NCBI GenBank assembly: GCA_009885745.1
Contig: VFKC01000025.1
Coordinates: 24,415 to 88,414 of the forward strand
DNA length: 64,000 nucleotides
Source of the DNA: Actinomycetota bacterium
Lineage (GTDB): Bacteria; Actinomycetota; Actinomycetes; S36-B12; UBA5976
Direction of reading: 5' to 3'
This document shows positions 10,355-20,752 of this stretch, piece by piece (positions within the stretch are counted from its first letter, which is position 1; the number at the start of each line of letters is the position of its first letter). The translations under genes were made by a program, and so were the position numbers. The notes under the pieces were generated by a model. It worked only from the letters and a program-made list of their open reading frames with translations, did not search any database and was not told where the DNA came from.

Positions 10355-10720
10355 GTGGACAAAGGAAAAAAGCAAAAATTGGGCTGGCTTGCCTCTCAAT
10401 CTGATGTCGATGATGCACTTTTGCGCGATTCGGTCGAATTAATTGGCGCCCAAGCCGCTGCTAATTGCGACATGGGTGAAATAGTTAAGGTGCGCGGCAC
10501 AATACGGGCTTTACGTCTTCGACCAACGAGCGGTACACCGATGCTTGAAGTCGAAATCTGGGATGGTTCTGGTTTTCTAACCCTGCTTTGGTTAGGTCGT
10601 AGAGCGATTCCGGGGATTAATGCTGGGCGCAGTCTGGTTGCGGAAGGACGAATTTCACGAGGGCCTGGCGATCAGCCGGCAATCTACAATCCGCGATATT
10701 CGCTTTTACCCTCGGAATGA
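10355..10720 (+). CDS. OB-fold domain protein (conserved actinobacterial, function unknown)
   Basis: ~120 aa. 'VKVRGTIRALRLRPTSGTPMLEVEIWDGSGFLTLLWLGRRAIPGINAGRSLVAEGRI' has the beta-strand pattern of an OB fold. It lies upstream of DUF3159. Confidence 0.5.
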   Translation: MDKGKKQKLGWLASQSDVDDALLRDSVELIGAQAAANCDMGEIVKVRGTIRALRLRPTSGTPMLEVEIWDGSGFLTLLWLGRRAIPGINAGRSLVAEGRISRGPGDQPAIYNPRYSLLPSE

Positions 10721-11391
10721 ACATGAAACCAGAGCACTCTGAAACTAATGAACCTGAAAAAATCGTATTTGACGAATCGACTCACGAAGTTATCGCCGAT
10801 TCTGAGTTACTCGCGAAAGCTCTTGGAGGTCGGCGGGGGATTTTAGATTCTGCTCTACCATCGGTGGCTTTTCTGCTCGTATATCTCCTTTTTGATAAGA
10901 ATCTTGCGATGAGTGTGTATGTCGCGCTTGCTGTTGGGGGGGCTTTGGCAATTGAGAGAATTGTTCGCAAGGCGTCCTTACAGCAGGTGCTATCAGGTCT
11001 CTTCGGTGTTGCCATTAGTGCATATATCACCAGCAAAACTGGTCAGGCACAGAATTTCTTTTTGCCCGGCATAATCACGAACTTTGTGTACTTCATTGTG
11101 TGCCTGATAAGCGTCTTGATTCGTAAGCCTTTGCTTGGTTTTGTAATTGGTGCAATGCGTGGCCAAGACACTAGCTGGTTACGCGATCCGATTAGTTTGC
11201 GAACATACAGCACGGTAACTTGGCTCTGGACTGGAATTTTTGCTACCCGTGTTTTGCTGATGGCACCTTTATACATGATCGGGGCAGTTGCAATACTTGG
11301 CGTCCTTAAGCTGGCTCTAGGGTGGCCGCTTTATCTACTTGGGGTGTACGCGAGTTACTTAGTGGTCCGCGTTAAGCCGAGTTCAGTTTGA
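10717..11391 (+). CDS. DUF3159-like integral membrane protein
   Basis: Several predicted TM helices. The ATG overlaps the upstream stop (ATGA). It lies next to the trkA pair, as in mycobacteria. Confidence 0.55.
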   Translation: MNMKPEHSETNEPEKIVFDESTHEVIADSELLAKALGGRRGILDSALPSVAFLLVYLLFDKNLAMSVYVALAVGGALAIERIVRKASLQQVLSGLFGVAISAYITSKTGQAQNFFLPGIITNFVYFIVCLISVLIRKPLLGFVIGAMRGQDTSWLRDPISLRTYSTVTWLWTGIFATRVLLMAPLYMIGAVAILGVLKLALGWPLYLLGVYASYLVVRVKPSSV

Positions 11392-12039
11392 CCTAAGTAC
11401 ATCAAGAAGTGCACTTTCCTGATCGGGTACCGCGATAAAAAGCAACTCGTCTCCAGCTTCAAGTGGATCATCTGCGCGCGGAGTTATCACTCTAGTATCG
11501 CGAAGGATGGCAACCAAACTGGTATCTACGGGCCAGTGAATGGAGCCAACCATTTGTCCGGCTAACACGCTGTCTGGGGCTAAGGTAAATTCCACCAAAT
11601 CAGCCTGACCTTTTCGTAGCGACATCAGGCGAACTAGGTCACCAACCGTTACCGCCTCTTCAACGAGTGCGGCAAGCATGCGAGGGGTAGATACCGCAGT
11701 GTCAACACCCCATGACTCATCAAACATCCATTCGTTTTTTGGATGATTTATTCGCGCTAATACTCGGGGCACACCAAATTCGGTCTTTGACAATAGTGAC
11801 ACGACCAGGTTTGTTTTATCATCTCCAGTGGCGGCTACCACGACCTGACATTCGCCTAGAGATAGTGCACTAAGAGACTCAATTTCACAGGCGTCTGCTT
11901 GCACAATTTGTACGCCTGGAATCACAAGACTTTGAACTGTGGGATTGCGGTCAATTAGCACAATCTCGTATCCTGCTGATGCCAACTCAGCGGCTATCGA
12001 ACGACCGACTTTTCCTGCTCCAGCGATTGCAATCCGCAT
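11383..12039 (-). CDS. TrkA-family potassium uptake regulatory protein (RCK)
   Basis: NAD-binding Rossmann 'MRIAIAGAGKVGRSIAAEL...VLIDRN' plus an RCK C-terminal domain. Confidence 0.85.
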   Translation of the reverse strand: MRIAIAGAGKVGRSIAAELASAGYEIVLIDRNPTVQSLVIPGVQIVQADACEIESLSALSLGECQVVVAATGDDKTNLVVSLLSKTEFGVPRVLARINHPKNEWMFDESWGVDTAVSTPRMLAALVEEAVTVGDLVRLMSLRKGQADLVEFTLAPDSVLAGQMVGSIHWPVDTSLVAILRDTRVITPRADDPLEAGDELLFIAVPDQESALLDVLRSN

Positions 12040-12698
12040 TATTCAACCGGTCCCTTCGAAAAAGTATCTTCAATTTTATCGACGTTACTCGCTGGTACAA
12101 GGACGCGAACAATGTCTCCGTCTTGAACTACGGTGTCATGAGTTGCAACTAGTGCTGCACCCATTCGGGTCACCATGGCAAGTCGAATTCCGGTTACATG
12201 TTCAATCTTTTGGGCTGTTAGACCAACCCATTTGTCTGAGACTTTTACCTCAACTAGCGAAACTGCCGAAGTGGGATCAGTCCATTCAACTGCGCGCCCA
12301 GCTGGCAGAATTCTGCGAAGCATTTGTTCTGCTGTCCAAGAAACTGTTGCCACAGTTGGGATACCCAGCCGTTGAAAAACTTCAGCTCGACGATGGTCAT
12401 AGATTCGGGCGACGACATTTTGCACACCGAATACTTCACGCGCAGTTCGAGCGGCCAGAATGTTTGAGTTATCACCAGAGGAGACAGCAGCAAATGCCTG
12501 GGCGTCTTCAATACCAGCTTTGATCAGGTGCTCTCTGTCGAAGCCAACACCGGTAACCGTGACGCCCTTGAAATCAGCACCCAGTCTTCGGAAAGCAGAA
12601 GCCTCTTGATCGATCACAGCAACACTGTGACCGAGATCTTCTAATTGATGCGCGAGCATCGAACCGACTCGACCACAACCCATAATGACCACATGCAC
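12039..12698 (-). CDS. TrkA-family potassium uptake regulatory protein (RCK)
   Basis: 'MHVVIMGCGRVGSMLAHQLEDLGHSVAVIDQ' plus an RCK_C domain. Its stop overlaps the start of the downstream trkA paralogue (TAATG on the minus strand). Confidence 0.85.
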   Translation of the reverse strand: MHVVIMGCGRVGSMLAHQLEDLGHSVAVIDQEASAFRRLGADFKGVTVTGVGFDREHLIKAGIEDAQAFAAVSSGDNSNILAARTAREVFGVQNVVARIYDHRRAEVFQRLGIPTVATVSWTAEQMLRRILPAGRAVEWTDPTSAVSLVEVKVSDKWVGLTAQKIEHVTGIRLAMVTRMGAALVATHDTVVQDGDIVRVLVPASNVDKIEDTFSKGPVE

Positions 12699-12803
12699 GC
12701 CACTAAACTACACGACTTTTGGGTAGTGGCGCTAAACCTTGCGCATTTGTGAGCAGTGCTTGGCGAATCAAGTCGATTAGGTGAGCAAGAGCGCGTATGA
12801 TTC

Positions 12804-14828
12804 TTGAACATGGCCAGAGTTTCCAATACGGTAAAACGAGTTATTTTCGGACGAGCAATCGCAAGTGATCGTCTTGGTGACACCTTGCTTCCCGTTCGAA
12901 TTGCCCTTCCAGTGTTTGCCTCAGATGCATTGTCGTCAGTGGCGTACGCAACTGAAGAAATATTATTGGTGCTGGCGCTAGGTGGTCTCGCCCTTTACAC
13001 GGGCTCGATTTACATCGCTCTCGCGGTGGCAGTAGTTATGGCTGTAGTTGTTCTTTCTTATCGGCAAAATGTGCACGCTTATCCAAGCGGCGGCGGCGAC
13101 TATGAAGTGGCTAATGTAAACATTGGCCCAAATGCTGGTTTGACTGTGGCAAGCGCCCTTTTGGTTGACTATGTGTTGACTGTCGCCGTTTCAATTTCTG
13201 CAGCGGTCGCAAACTTGGCTTCAGCTATTCCGTCGTTACACGATCACAGCGTGTTGATTGCCGTAATTTTGATCCTAATTATTGCCATGCTGAATCTACG
13301 TGGTGTGCGTGAATCTGGTGGACTTTTCGCCATTCCAACTTACGCATTTATGTTTTCAATCGTCACCATGATTGTCTGGGCTGGTGTCAGATTAGCTAAT
13401 GGGGACACCTTGTTGGCTGAAAGTAGCGAGTGGACAATAAAGCCAGAGGCACAATACACAGGAATAGCCCTAGCCTTTCTGGCCTTACGTGCTTTTTCCT
13501 CTGGATGCACGGCGTTGACAGGTATCGAAGCGGTCAGCAACGGTGTGCCAGCATTTAGACCTCCAAAGAGTAAAAATGCTGCTACGACCTTGGCACTTCT
13601 CGGCGCTATTGCAATTTCGATGTTTCTTGGTCTTACGGTCTTGACGCAAATCACTAAGGTCCGGGTCACCGATCACAATTACGACTTGATTGGGCTACCA
13701 ATTGGTCAAGAGCAAAAGACTGTAATCGCACAAGTGGCACAGGCAGTTTTTAGCAACTTCTTGATTGGTGCAACAATTGTGTCAATTTTTACCGCGCTTA
13801 TTCTTGTGCTAGCAGCAAACACCGCATTCAATGGGTTCCCAGTTCTGGCTTCCATATTGTCCAAGGATCGCTACATGCCTGGCCAGCTGCACAAACGCGG
13901 TGATCGTTTAGCGTTTAGCAACGGAATTCTCATGCTCTCCGCGCTGGCAATTCTTTTGGTCTGGGCCTTTAACGCCGAAGTAACACGACTGATTCAGCTC
14001 TACATACTTGGGGTATTTATTTCGTTTACGCTCAGCCAACTTGGCATGATTAAACACTGGACCCGATTACTCAATGCGGATTCGCAATCGCCAAATCGTT
14101 CGAAGATGCTTCGTAATAGAGCGGTAAATACTTTGGGATTTGTGATGACAGGCGCCGTTCTAATTATTGTTCTAGCTACAAAATTCACCCGTGGAGCTTG
14201 GATTGTTTGTATTGCCATGCCCGTGATTTTCCTCATCATGAAAGCAATCAAACGCCATTACGACGCGGTAGCTCTGGAGCTGACTCCTGATGTGGATGAG
14301 ACAAATGCACTGCCATCTAGAGTGCACGCAATTGTTTTGATATCGAAAATTCATAGACCGGCGCTGAGGGCAATTTCCTACGCTCGCGCAACTCGCCCGA
14401 CAGTGCTAGAGGCAGTCACAGTATCGGTCGACTCCGAGGAATCCGATGCGTTGGTTTCCGAATGGGCACAACGCGAGATTCCGGTCACACTAACAGTGCT
14501 CAACTCTCCTTACCGAGAGGTCACACGACCGGTCCTTGATTATGTGCAAAACATCAGTCGTAAGAGTCCAAGAGACCTCGTAACAATCTACATACCCGAA
14601 TATGTCGTTGGTCATTGGTGGGAACAGTTGCTGCACAATCAGTCTGCGCTTCGACTAAAGACCAGATTGTTATTCACCCCAGGAGTCATGGTGGTATCCG
14701 TTCCTTGGCAGCTTGAGTCAAGCGAAGGTGTTGAGTTGGATCGCAAGGTTGTCTCTCCAGGAGATGTGCGACGAGGAACAACGAGTGGTCCAGAAGTGGC
14801 AACCACATATGAAGGCAGCAAGGATTAG
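12804..14828 (+). CDS. APC-superfamily permease with ~190-aa cytoplasmic C-terminal domain
   Basis: About 470 aa of multi-TM hydrophobic sequence with APC-like 'SDALSSVAYATEEIL' near TM1, then a soluble tail (KRHYDAV...WQLESS). It is divergent from the trkA pair. An ATG at 12810 is an alternative start. Confidence 0.75.
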   Translation: MNMARVSNTVKRVIFGRAIASDRLGDTLLPVRIALPVFASDALSSVAYATEEILLVLALGGLALYTGSIYIALAVAVVMAVVVLSYRQNVHAYPSGGGDYEVANVNIGPNAGLTVASALLVDYVLTVAVSISAAVANLASAIPSLHDHSVLIAVILILIIAMLNLRGVRESGGLFAIPTYAFMFSIVTMIVWAGVRLANGDTLLAESSEWTIKPEAQYTGIALAFLALRAFSSGCTALTGIEAVSNGVPAFRPPKSKNAATTLALLGAIAISMFLGLTVLTQITKVRVTDHNYDLIGLPIGQEQKTVIAQVAQAVFSNFLIGATIVSIFTALILVLAANTAFNGFPVLASILSKDRYMPGQLHKRGDRLAFSNGILMLSALAILLVWAFNAEVTRLIQLYILGVFISFTLSQLGMIKHWTRLLNADSQSPNRSKMLRNRAVNTLGFVMTGAVLIIVLATKFTRGAWIVCIAMPVIFLIMKAIKRHYDAVALELTPDVDETNALPSRVHAIVLISKIHRPALRAISYARATRPTVLEAVTVSVDSEESDALVSEWAQREIPVTLTVLNSPYREVTRPVLDYVQNISRKSPRDLVTIYIPEYVVGHWWEQLLHNQSALRLKTRLLFTPGVMVVSVPWQLESSEGVELDRKVVSPGDVRRGTTSGPEVATTYEGSKD

Positions 14829-16038
14829 GTTGACAACAGAGAGTTTGCTAGATGACCAAATCCACGAGGGTGCTGTTATTGAATTACGCATTGAGCGTGT
14901 GGCAAATGGGGGCTTTTGTATCGCTCGGCACAACGGTCAAGCAGTTTTTGTCCGACATTCCTTGCCCGGCGAGTTGGTGCGCGCCGAGGTAACCGAAATT
15001 AATAAGCGCTTCTTACGAGCCGATGTTGTTGAGGTGTTAGAGCCCAGTGCGGCTCGAGTTACTCCTAAGTGTTCGTATGCAGGCGTCTGTGGTGGATGCG
15101 ATTGGCAACATTCGAGTCTGGAATACCAGCGCGAACTCAAGGCTCAGGTAGTAATCGAACAAATGGGTCATTTGGCTGGTCTCACGGAGCTCAATGGAAA
15201 ACCGATTGAAGAATTTTTGGTAGACGCCTTACCGGGTGAAACAGATGGCTTGGGTTGGCGAACTCGTAATAGATTCTCGAAGATTGGTGACATTGGGATC
15301 GGGATGAAGATGGCAAGATCACACTCTGTGGTCGAAATTGATCATTGCGAAATCGCAGTGCCGGGTTCTATAGATTTAGCTCTTTCTGCACTACATCTGA
15401 GTGGCGATGAAGTTTCAACCGCAATGAGTTCGACAGACCAACATGTTGTTGTTGATAAACGCGGTGGCCCTTGGCTGGAAGAACAAGTATTCAACAGGAG
15501 ATGGCGTATTCATGCAGGCTCGTTCTGGCAGGTCCACAAGAATGCTCCAGAAGCTTTTGTTAATACGGTCAGAGAATTCGCAAGTTTGCAACCAGGCGAT
15601 TCTTTGCTGGATCTTTATGCAGGTTCAGGTTTGTTTGCCGCAAGTCTAGCCAGCGATGTCGGCGAAAGCGGAACAGTCGTGGCGGTTGAATCAGGCGTTG
15701 ATGCTGTTCGTGATGCGCGCAGATCTTGTAGTGACTTGCCACAACTGGAATTAGTCACAGCCGATGTTTCTCGGTGGATTACTAAGTGCGACGAACTGTT
15801 CACAGTGGTTGTTCTCGATCCACCTCGTGCCGGTGCTGGACTCAACGTTATTAACGAGATTTCCCAGCTAGCACAGAAGGCAATAATTTATGTCGCCTGT
15901 GACCCCTCTGCGCTTGCGCGGGACACGCAATATTTGGCAGATGCAGGTTGGGCCTTGCAGAAAATTGTTGCCTACGATGCATTCCCAATGACTTCTCATG
16001 TCGAGTGCATTGCCAGATTTCTACCCGTTCAGCAGTGA
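14809..16038 (+). CDS. class I SAM-dependent RNA (uracil-5-)-methyltransferase, TrmA/RlmD family with TRAM domain
   Basis: TRAM-like 'IELRIERVANGGFCIARHNGQAVFVRHSLPGELV', Cys cluster 'CSYAGVCGGCDWQH', SAM motif 'LLDLYAGSGLFA', 'VVLDPPRAG', 'YVACDP'. The start is uncertain: ATG 14809, TTG 14830, or the track start at 14713. Confidence 0.85.
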   Translation: MKAARIRLTTESLLDDQIHEGAVIELRIERVANGGFCIARHNGQAVFVRHSLPGELVRAEVTEINKRFLRADVVEVLEPSAARVTPKCSYAGVCGGCDWQHSSLEYQRELKAQVVIEQMGHLAGLTELNGKPIEEFLVDALPGETDGLGWRTRNRFSKIGDIGIGMKMARSHSVVEIDHCEIAVPGSIDLALSALHLSGDEVSTAMSSTDQHVVVDKRGGPWLEEQVFNRRWRIHAGSFWQVHKNAPEAFVNTVREFASLQPGDSLLDLYAGSGLFAASLASDVGESGTVVAVESGVDAVRDARRSCSDLPQLELVTADVSRWITKCDELFTVVVLDPPRAGAGLNVINEISQLAQKAIIYVACDPSALARDTQYLADAGWALQKIVAYDAFPMTSHVECIARFLPVQQ

Positions 16039-16122
16039 TTGACTAGTCTTATTTAGCCCGACTCTGTGAGGCACGTTTAGTCGGTTAAACTTAGATTCAC
16101 GATAGAGCCTTCAAGGAGTGCA

Positions 16123-18786
16123 GTGAGCAGTTTAGATTCATTCAAAACCAAGACCACATTAGTAGTGGGTTCTGAGAGTTTTGAAATTTTCAAGATCGAC
16201 AACTTGCTATCTTCGGATAGGTTGCCATTCACTCATAAGGTGCTACTCGAGAATCTATTGCGCACTGAAGACGGTATTAACATCACGGCTTCGCAGATTG
16301 AAGCACTGGCCAATTGGGATGCCAGTGCCAAGCCCACACACGAGATTCAGTTCACGCCCGCTCGGGTAATCATGCAAGATTTCACTGGTGTTCCCTGCAT
16401 TGTGGACCTGGCAACCATGCGTGAAGCATTTTCCGCACTCGGGGGAGATGCGCAACGCATCAACCCGTTGGCGCCAGCCGAATTGGTAATTGACCACTCA
16501 GTAATTGCTGACTTTTCTGGCACGCAACAAGCAGCCGATTTAAACGTGGCGCTTGAATATCAGCGCAACGCTGAGCGCTACCAGTTTTTGCGTTGGGGTC
16601 AAGGTGCTTTCGATGATTTCAAAGTAGTGCCTCCTGGCACTGGCATCGTTCACCAAGTAAACATTGAAGCACTTGCGCGCGTAGTGATGGTGCGAAATGG
16701 TTTCGCCTACCCCGACACATGCGTTGGTACTGACTCGCACACAACTATGGTCAATGGTCTAGGTGTGCTTGGTTGGGGAGTTGGCGGCATTGAAGCCGAG
16801 GCGGCGATGCTGGGTCAACCTGTATCCATGCTCATCCCACGTGTTGTCGGATTCAAATTGTTTGGTCAGATGTCACCGGGAACAACTGCTACCGACCTAG
16901 TCCTGACAATTACCTCCATGCTGCGTGCACATGGTGTTGTTGGCAAGTTTGTGGAGTTTTATGGTGATGGCGTATCTGCTGTTTCACTGGCAAACAGGGC
17001 CACAATCGGAAATATGAGCCCCGAATATGGTTCAACGGCTGCAGTTTTCCCGATCGATGACGAGACACTTAATTATTTGAGATTGACCGGTCGAAACGAT
17101 GCACAGATTGATCTCATTCGGGCGTACACACAGGTACAGGGACTGTGGCACGACCCGGCTAATGAAGCGATATATTCTGAATATATTGAACTTGATTTGG
17201 CAACAGTAGTTGCGTCAATTGCCGGACCAAAGCGTCCGCAAGACCGTGTTGAACTGACAAAAGCAGCATCAACTTTTGAAACGGATGTGGTTACCTACAC
17301 GAATGAGCGCCATGCTAAGGCCCAAATATCGCTTAACGATGATTCATTTGAGTTAGAAAATGGTGCGGTAGTAATCGCAGCAATAACTTCATGTACGAAT
17401 ACATCTAATCCGACAGTCATGATGGCCGCAGGATTACTGGCCAAGAAAGCTGTTGAGCGCGGCTTAACGACCAAGCCGTGGGTGAAAACGACACTGGCGC
17501 CCGGATCTCAGGTTGTGACTGACTATTATCTAAAAGCTGGACTAACACCGTATTTGGATGCGCTGGGTTTCAATCTGGTTGGTTACGGATGCACGACATG
17601 TATTGGCAACTCAGGCCCATTGGCACCAGCGATTAGTGCGGGAATTGCTGAGCATGATCTGGTGGCGACGGCAGTTTTGTCTGGAAATAGAAACTTTGAA
17701 GGTCGTATTAATCCAGATGTAAAGATGAATTATTTGGCATCGCCACCTTTGGTTGTTGCCTACGCTCTAGCAGGTTCGATGGCTGTAGATATCGCCGCGG
17801 ACCCGATCGGACAGGATCTCAGTGGAAAAGATGTTTTCCTCGCAGACATCTGGCCGAGTGCCCAAGAGATAGCCGATGCTGTAGCAGGCGCAATTGATGC
17901 AGAGATGTTTACCAACCGCTACCAGAATGTTTTTGCCGGTGATGCCCGCTGGCAAGGTCTGGCCACGCCAACAGGTAAAACATTCGATTGGGACGAGTCA
18001 AGTACATACGTTCGCCGTCCCCCATACTTTGACAACATGCCAGCTACTCCTGCGCTGGTCGAAGACGTATTAGGCGCTCGAGTGCTCGCGAAGTTGGGTG
18101 ACTCAGTTACTACGGATCACATTTCACCTGCGGGTTCAATAAAGGCGGATAGCCCTGCTGGTGTCTATCTTCGCGAACATGGAATTTCTCGGGCAGACTT
18201 TAATTCTTATGGTTCGCGTCGCGGCAATCATGAAGTCATGATTCGTGGAACCTTCGCGAACATACGACTAAGAAATCAACTTCTAGTAGACGTAGAAGGT
18301 GGATTTACTCGCGATTTCACCTTGGCGGATGGACCTGAATCAACAATCTTTGATGCGTCGGTTAATTACATCGCAGCCGGGATTCCACTGGTCATCCTTG
18401 CCGGTAAGGAATATGGATCAGGATCATCCAGAGACTGGGCGGCAAAGGGAACGGCTCTTCTCGGTGTGAAAGTTGTCATTGCTGAGTCTTATGAACGCAT
18501 TCATAGATCAAATCTCATCGGTATGGGTGTTTTACCTCTTCAGTATCCTGCTGGCATTACCGCGGACACACTCGGTTTGGATGGCACTGAAACATTCAAC
18601 GTGATTGGAATTACTGGCCTGAACAACGGTTCAATACCTGAGACAGTCTCGGTTACTGCAACAAGTCATTCTGGACGTGTATCTTCGTTCGATGCACTAG
18701 TTCGCATTGATACTCCTGGCGAGGCTGATTATTTCCGGCACGGTGGAATCTTGCAGTTTGTTTTGCGCTCAATGCTTGGAACCTGA
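16123..18786 (+). CDS. acnA: aconitate hydratase
   Basis: 887 aa. '[23 protein letters not shown]', '[10 protein letters not shown]', '[10 protein letters not shown]', 'SGNRNFEGR', '[10 protein letters not shown]'. Confidence 0.95.
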   Translation: MSSLDSFKTKTTLVVGSESFEIFKIDNLLSSDRLPFTHKVLLENLLRTEDGINITASQIEALANWDASAKPTHEIQFTPARVIMQDFTGVPCIVDLATMREAFSALGGDAQRINPLAPAELVIDHSVIADFSGTQQAADLNVALEYQRNAERYQFLRWGQGAFDDFKVVPPGTGIVHQVNIEALARVVMVRNGFAYPDTCVGTDSHTTMVNGLGVLGWGVGGIEAEAAMLGQPVSMLIPRVVGFKLFGQMSPGTTATDLVLTITSMLRAHGVVGKFVEFYGDGVSAVSLANRATIGNMSPEYGSTAAVFPIDDETLNYLRLTGRNDAQIDLIRAYTQVQGLWHDPANEAIYSEYIELDLATVVASIAGPKRPQDRVELTKAASTFETDVVTYTNERHAKAQISLNDDSFELENGAVVIAAITSCTNTSNPTVMMAAGLLAKKAVERGLTTKPWVKTTLAPGSQVVTDYYLKAGLTPYLDALGFNLVGYGCTTCIGNSGPLAPAISAGIAEHDLVATAVLSGNRNFEGRINPDVKMNYLASPPLVVAYALAGSMAVDIAADPIGQDLSGKDVFLADIWPSAQEIADAVAGAIDAEMFTNRYQNVFAGDARWQGLATPTGKTFDWDESSTYVRRPPYFDNMPATPALVEDVLGARVLAKLGDSVTTDHISPAGSIKADSPAGVYLREHGISRADFNSYGSRRGNHEVMIRGTFANIRLRNQLLVDVEGGFTRDFTLADGPESTIFDASVNYIAAGIPLVILAGKEYGSGSSRDWAAKGTALLGVKVVIAESYERIHRSNLIGMGVLPLQYPAGITADTLGLDGTETFNVIGITGLNNGSIPETVSVTATSHSGRVSSFDALVRIDTPGEADYFRHGGILQFVLRSMLGT

Positions 18787-18874
18787 ATCTGCGCCAATTG
18801 AATAGTCTTTAGCAAAGGCAATTCTTTCTTGGGCTAAGTACACTTAGTTATCTCATCTATCTGAAGGGGGAGTT

Positions 18875-20752
18875 GTGTCCATCCTAGACAAAATTAACTC
18901 GCCCCAAGATTTGCGGGAACTGAGTTCACTCGAATTGGAAACGCTAAGTAGCGAAATCCGAGATTTTTTGGTCAGAAAAGTTAGTAAAACGGGTGGACAT
19001 CTTGGGCCCAACTTGGGTGTTGTTGAATTGACTCTGGCAATTCACCGGACATTTGATTCACCACGAGATCCGATACTTTGGGACACTGGTCATCAAACTT
19101 ATGTTCATAAGATCGTCACTGGTCGCGCTTCTTCGTTCGAGACCTTGCGTCAAGACGGTGGGTTATCGGGTTACCCAAGTCGTCAAGAAAGTGTCCATGA
19201 CGTGATAGAGAACAGCCATGCCTCTACGGCACTTTCGTATGCTGATGGCATCGCGAAGGCGTTTGAATTAAACGGTGAATCAGACCGACATGTCGTAGCT
19301 GTGGTTGGTGATGGTGCCCTCACTGGGGGAATGACTTGGGAAGCGATTAACAACATTGCCGATTCAAATAATCGTTCGTTAGTTATTATCGTTAACGACA
19401 ACGAGCGTTCATATTCGCCAACCATTGGCGGACTAGCAAATCAATTGGCAACCTTGCGCACGACCCGAGCTTATGAAGAATTCTTGGGCTGGGGTAAGTC
19501 AGTTTTAGCGAAGACTCCACTAATTGGTCCCACTATGTACGATGCCTTACATGGTTTGAAAAAGGGTTTCAAGGACATGATTGCTCCACAGGGTCTTTTT
19601 GAAGATTTAGGGCTCAAATACATTGGCCCTGTTGATGGGCACAACATAGCCGATTTGGAATTTGCCTTAAGCCGGGCTCGAGATTTTGGTGGTCCAGTCA
19701 TAGTTCATGCAATCACCGAAAAAGGCCGTGGCTACGGTCCAGCGGAAACCGATGAGGCTGATCGCTTCCATGCAGTAGGCATAGTCGATCCCGATACAGG
19801 TAAGCCCGTAAATGTGACAGGTACCTCTTGGACTTCGGTATTTTCAGGGGCTTTGGTTGAGCTATCAGACAAACGAGAAGACATTGTGGCAATTACCGCA
19901 GCAATGCTCGGGCCAACAGGTCTAGAAAGTTTTAAGGCTAAATTCCCGATGAGAACCTTTGATGTAGGTATTGCTGAACAGCATGCAATTACAAGCGCGG
20001 TTGGCATGGCACACGCTGGTTTGCATCCTGTGGTCGCCATTTATTCAACTTTTCTGAACCGGGCAATTGATCAGGTGATCATGGATGCTGCTTTGCACAA
20101 GGCAGGCATAACTGTTGTTCTAGATAGAGCGGGTGTAACCGGCGATGACGGGGCAAGCCACAACGGTATGTGGGATCTGGCACTGTTGCAAATCGTTCCT
20201 GGCATCGAAGTTTTTGCACCCAGAGACTCTCAAGCGCTTCGTGATGCGCTTGATTATTCAGTCTCGGTCTGCGACCACCCGACTGTAATCAGATTCCCCA
20301 AGGGTGCTGTTCCCATCGACATCCCCAAGCTTAAATCAGTCGGAAATTCAGACATTATTTTTGATTCTGGTGCCACCCGAATCGCGATAGTCTCGGTTGG
20401 CGCGATGGCTGCTAGCGCCATTGAAGCTGCTCAGGAACTTTCCAAGCAGTCAATTGCAGTCCAGGTTATTGATTTAGTCAAAGTCTCCTCATTCGATGAA
20501 GTTTTAATTGATCATCTGGCTTCGTTTGACTTAGTGGTCTCGATAGAGGATGGGATTGTCACTGGTGGAGTTGGACAAAACCTTGCCCACCAGGTTGTTG
20601 CTGCGAATAATTCGATCAATTTTGTGACACTCGGAGTGGCTAAGGAATTTCTTCGTCATGCAACACGTAAGACACTTCTAGCCGAGATGGGTCTAGATTC
20701 GGCTGGAATTGCTGAATCAGTCAAGAAAGCAATTCACACGAGCGTTATTTAA
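18875..20752 (+). CDS. dxs: 1-deoxy-D-xylulose-5-phosphate synthase
   Basis: 'GGHLGPNLGVVELTLAIH', 'WDTGHQTYVHKI', TPP motif 'GDGALTGGMTWEAINN', 'DRAGVTGDDGASHNG'. Confidence 0.95.
   Translation: MSILDKINSPQDLRELSSLELETLSSEIRDFLVRKVSKTGGHLGPNLGVVELTLAIHRTFDSPRDPILWDTGHQTYVHKIVTGRASSFETLRQDGGLSGYPSRQESVHDVIENSHASTALSYADGIAKAFELNGESDRHVVAVVGDGALTGGMTWEAINNIADSNNRSLVIIVNDNERSYSPTIGGLANQLATLRTTRAYEEFLGWGKSVLAKTPLIGPTMYDALHGLKKGFKDMIAPQGLFEDLGLKYIGPVDGHNIADLEFALSRARDFGGPVIVHAITEKGRGYGPAETDEADRFHAVGIVDPDTGKPVNVTGTSWTSVFSGALVELSDKREDIVAITAAMLGPTGLESFKAKFPMRTFDVGIAEQHAITSAVGMAHAGLHPVVAIYSTFLNRAIDQVIMDAALHKAGITVVLDRAGVTGDDGASHNGMWDLALLQIVPGIEVFAPRDSQALRDALDYSVSVCDHPTVIRFPKGAVPIDIPKLKSVGNSDIIFDSGATRIAIVSVGAMAASAIEAAQELSKQSIAVQVIDLVKVSSFDEVLIDHLASFDLVVSIEDGIVTGGVGQNLAHQVVAANNSINFVTLGVAKEFLRHATRKTLLAEMGLDSAGIAESVKKAIHTSVI

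Noticed and set aside
12699-12803. Possible c-di-AMP (ydaO/kimA-type) riboswitch or other leader upstream of the APC permease
   Set aside because: The spacer is only about 105 nt and must also hold the divergent trkA promoter. I could not find the pseudo-symmetric conserved helices and ACGGGG-type cores of that riboswitch class.
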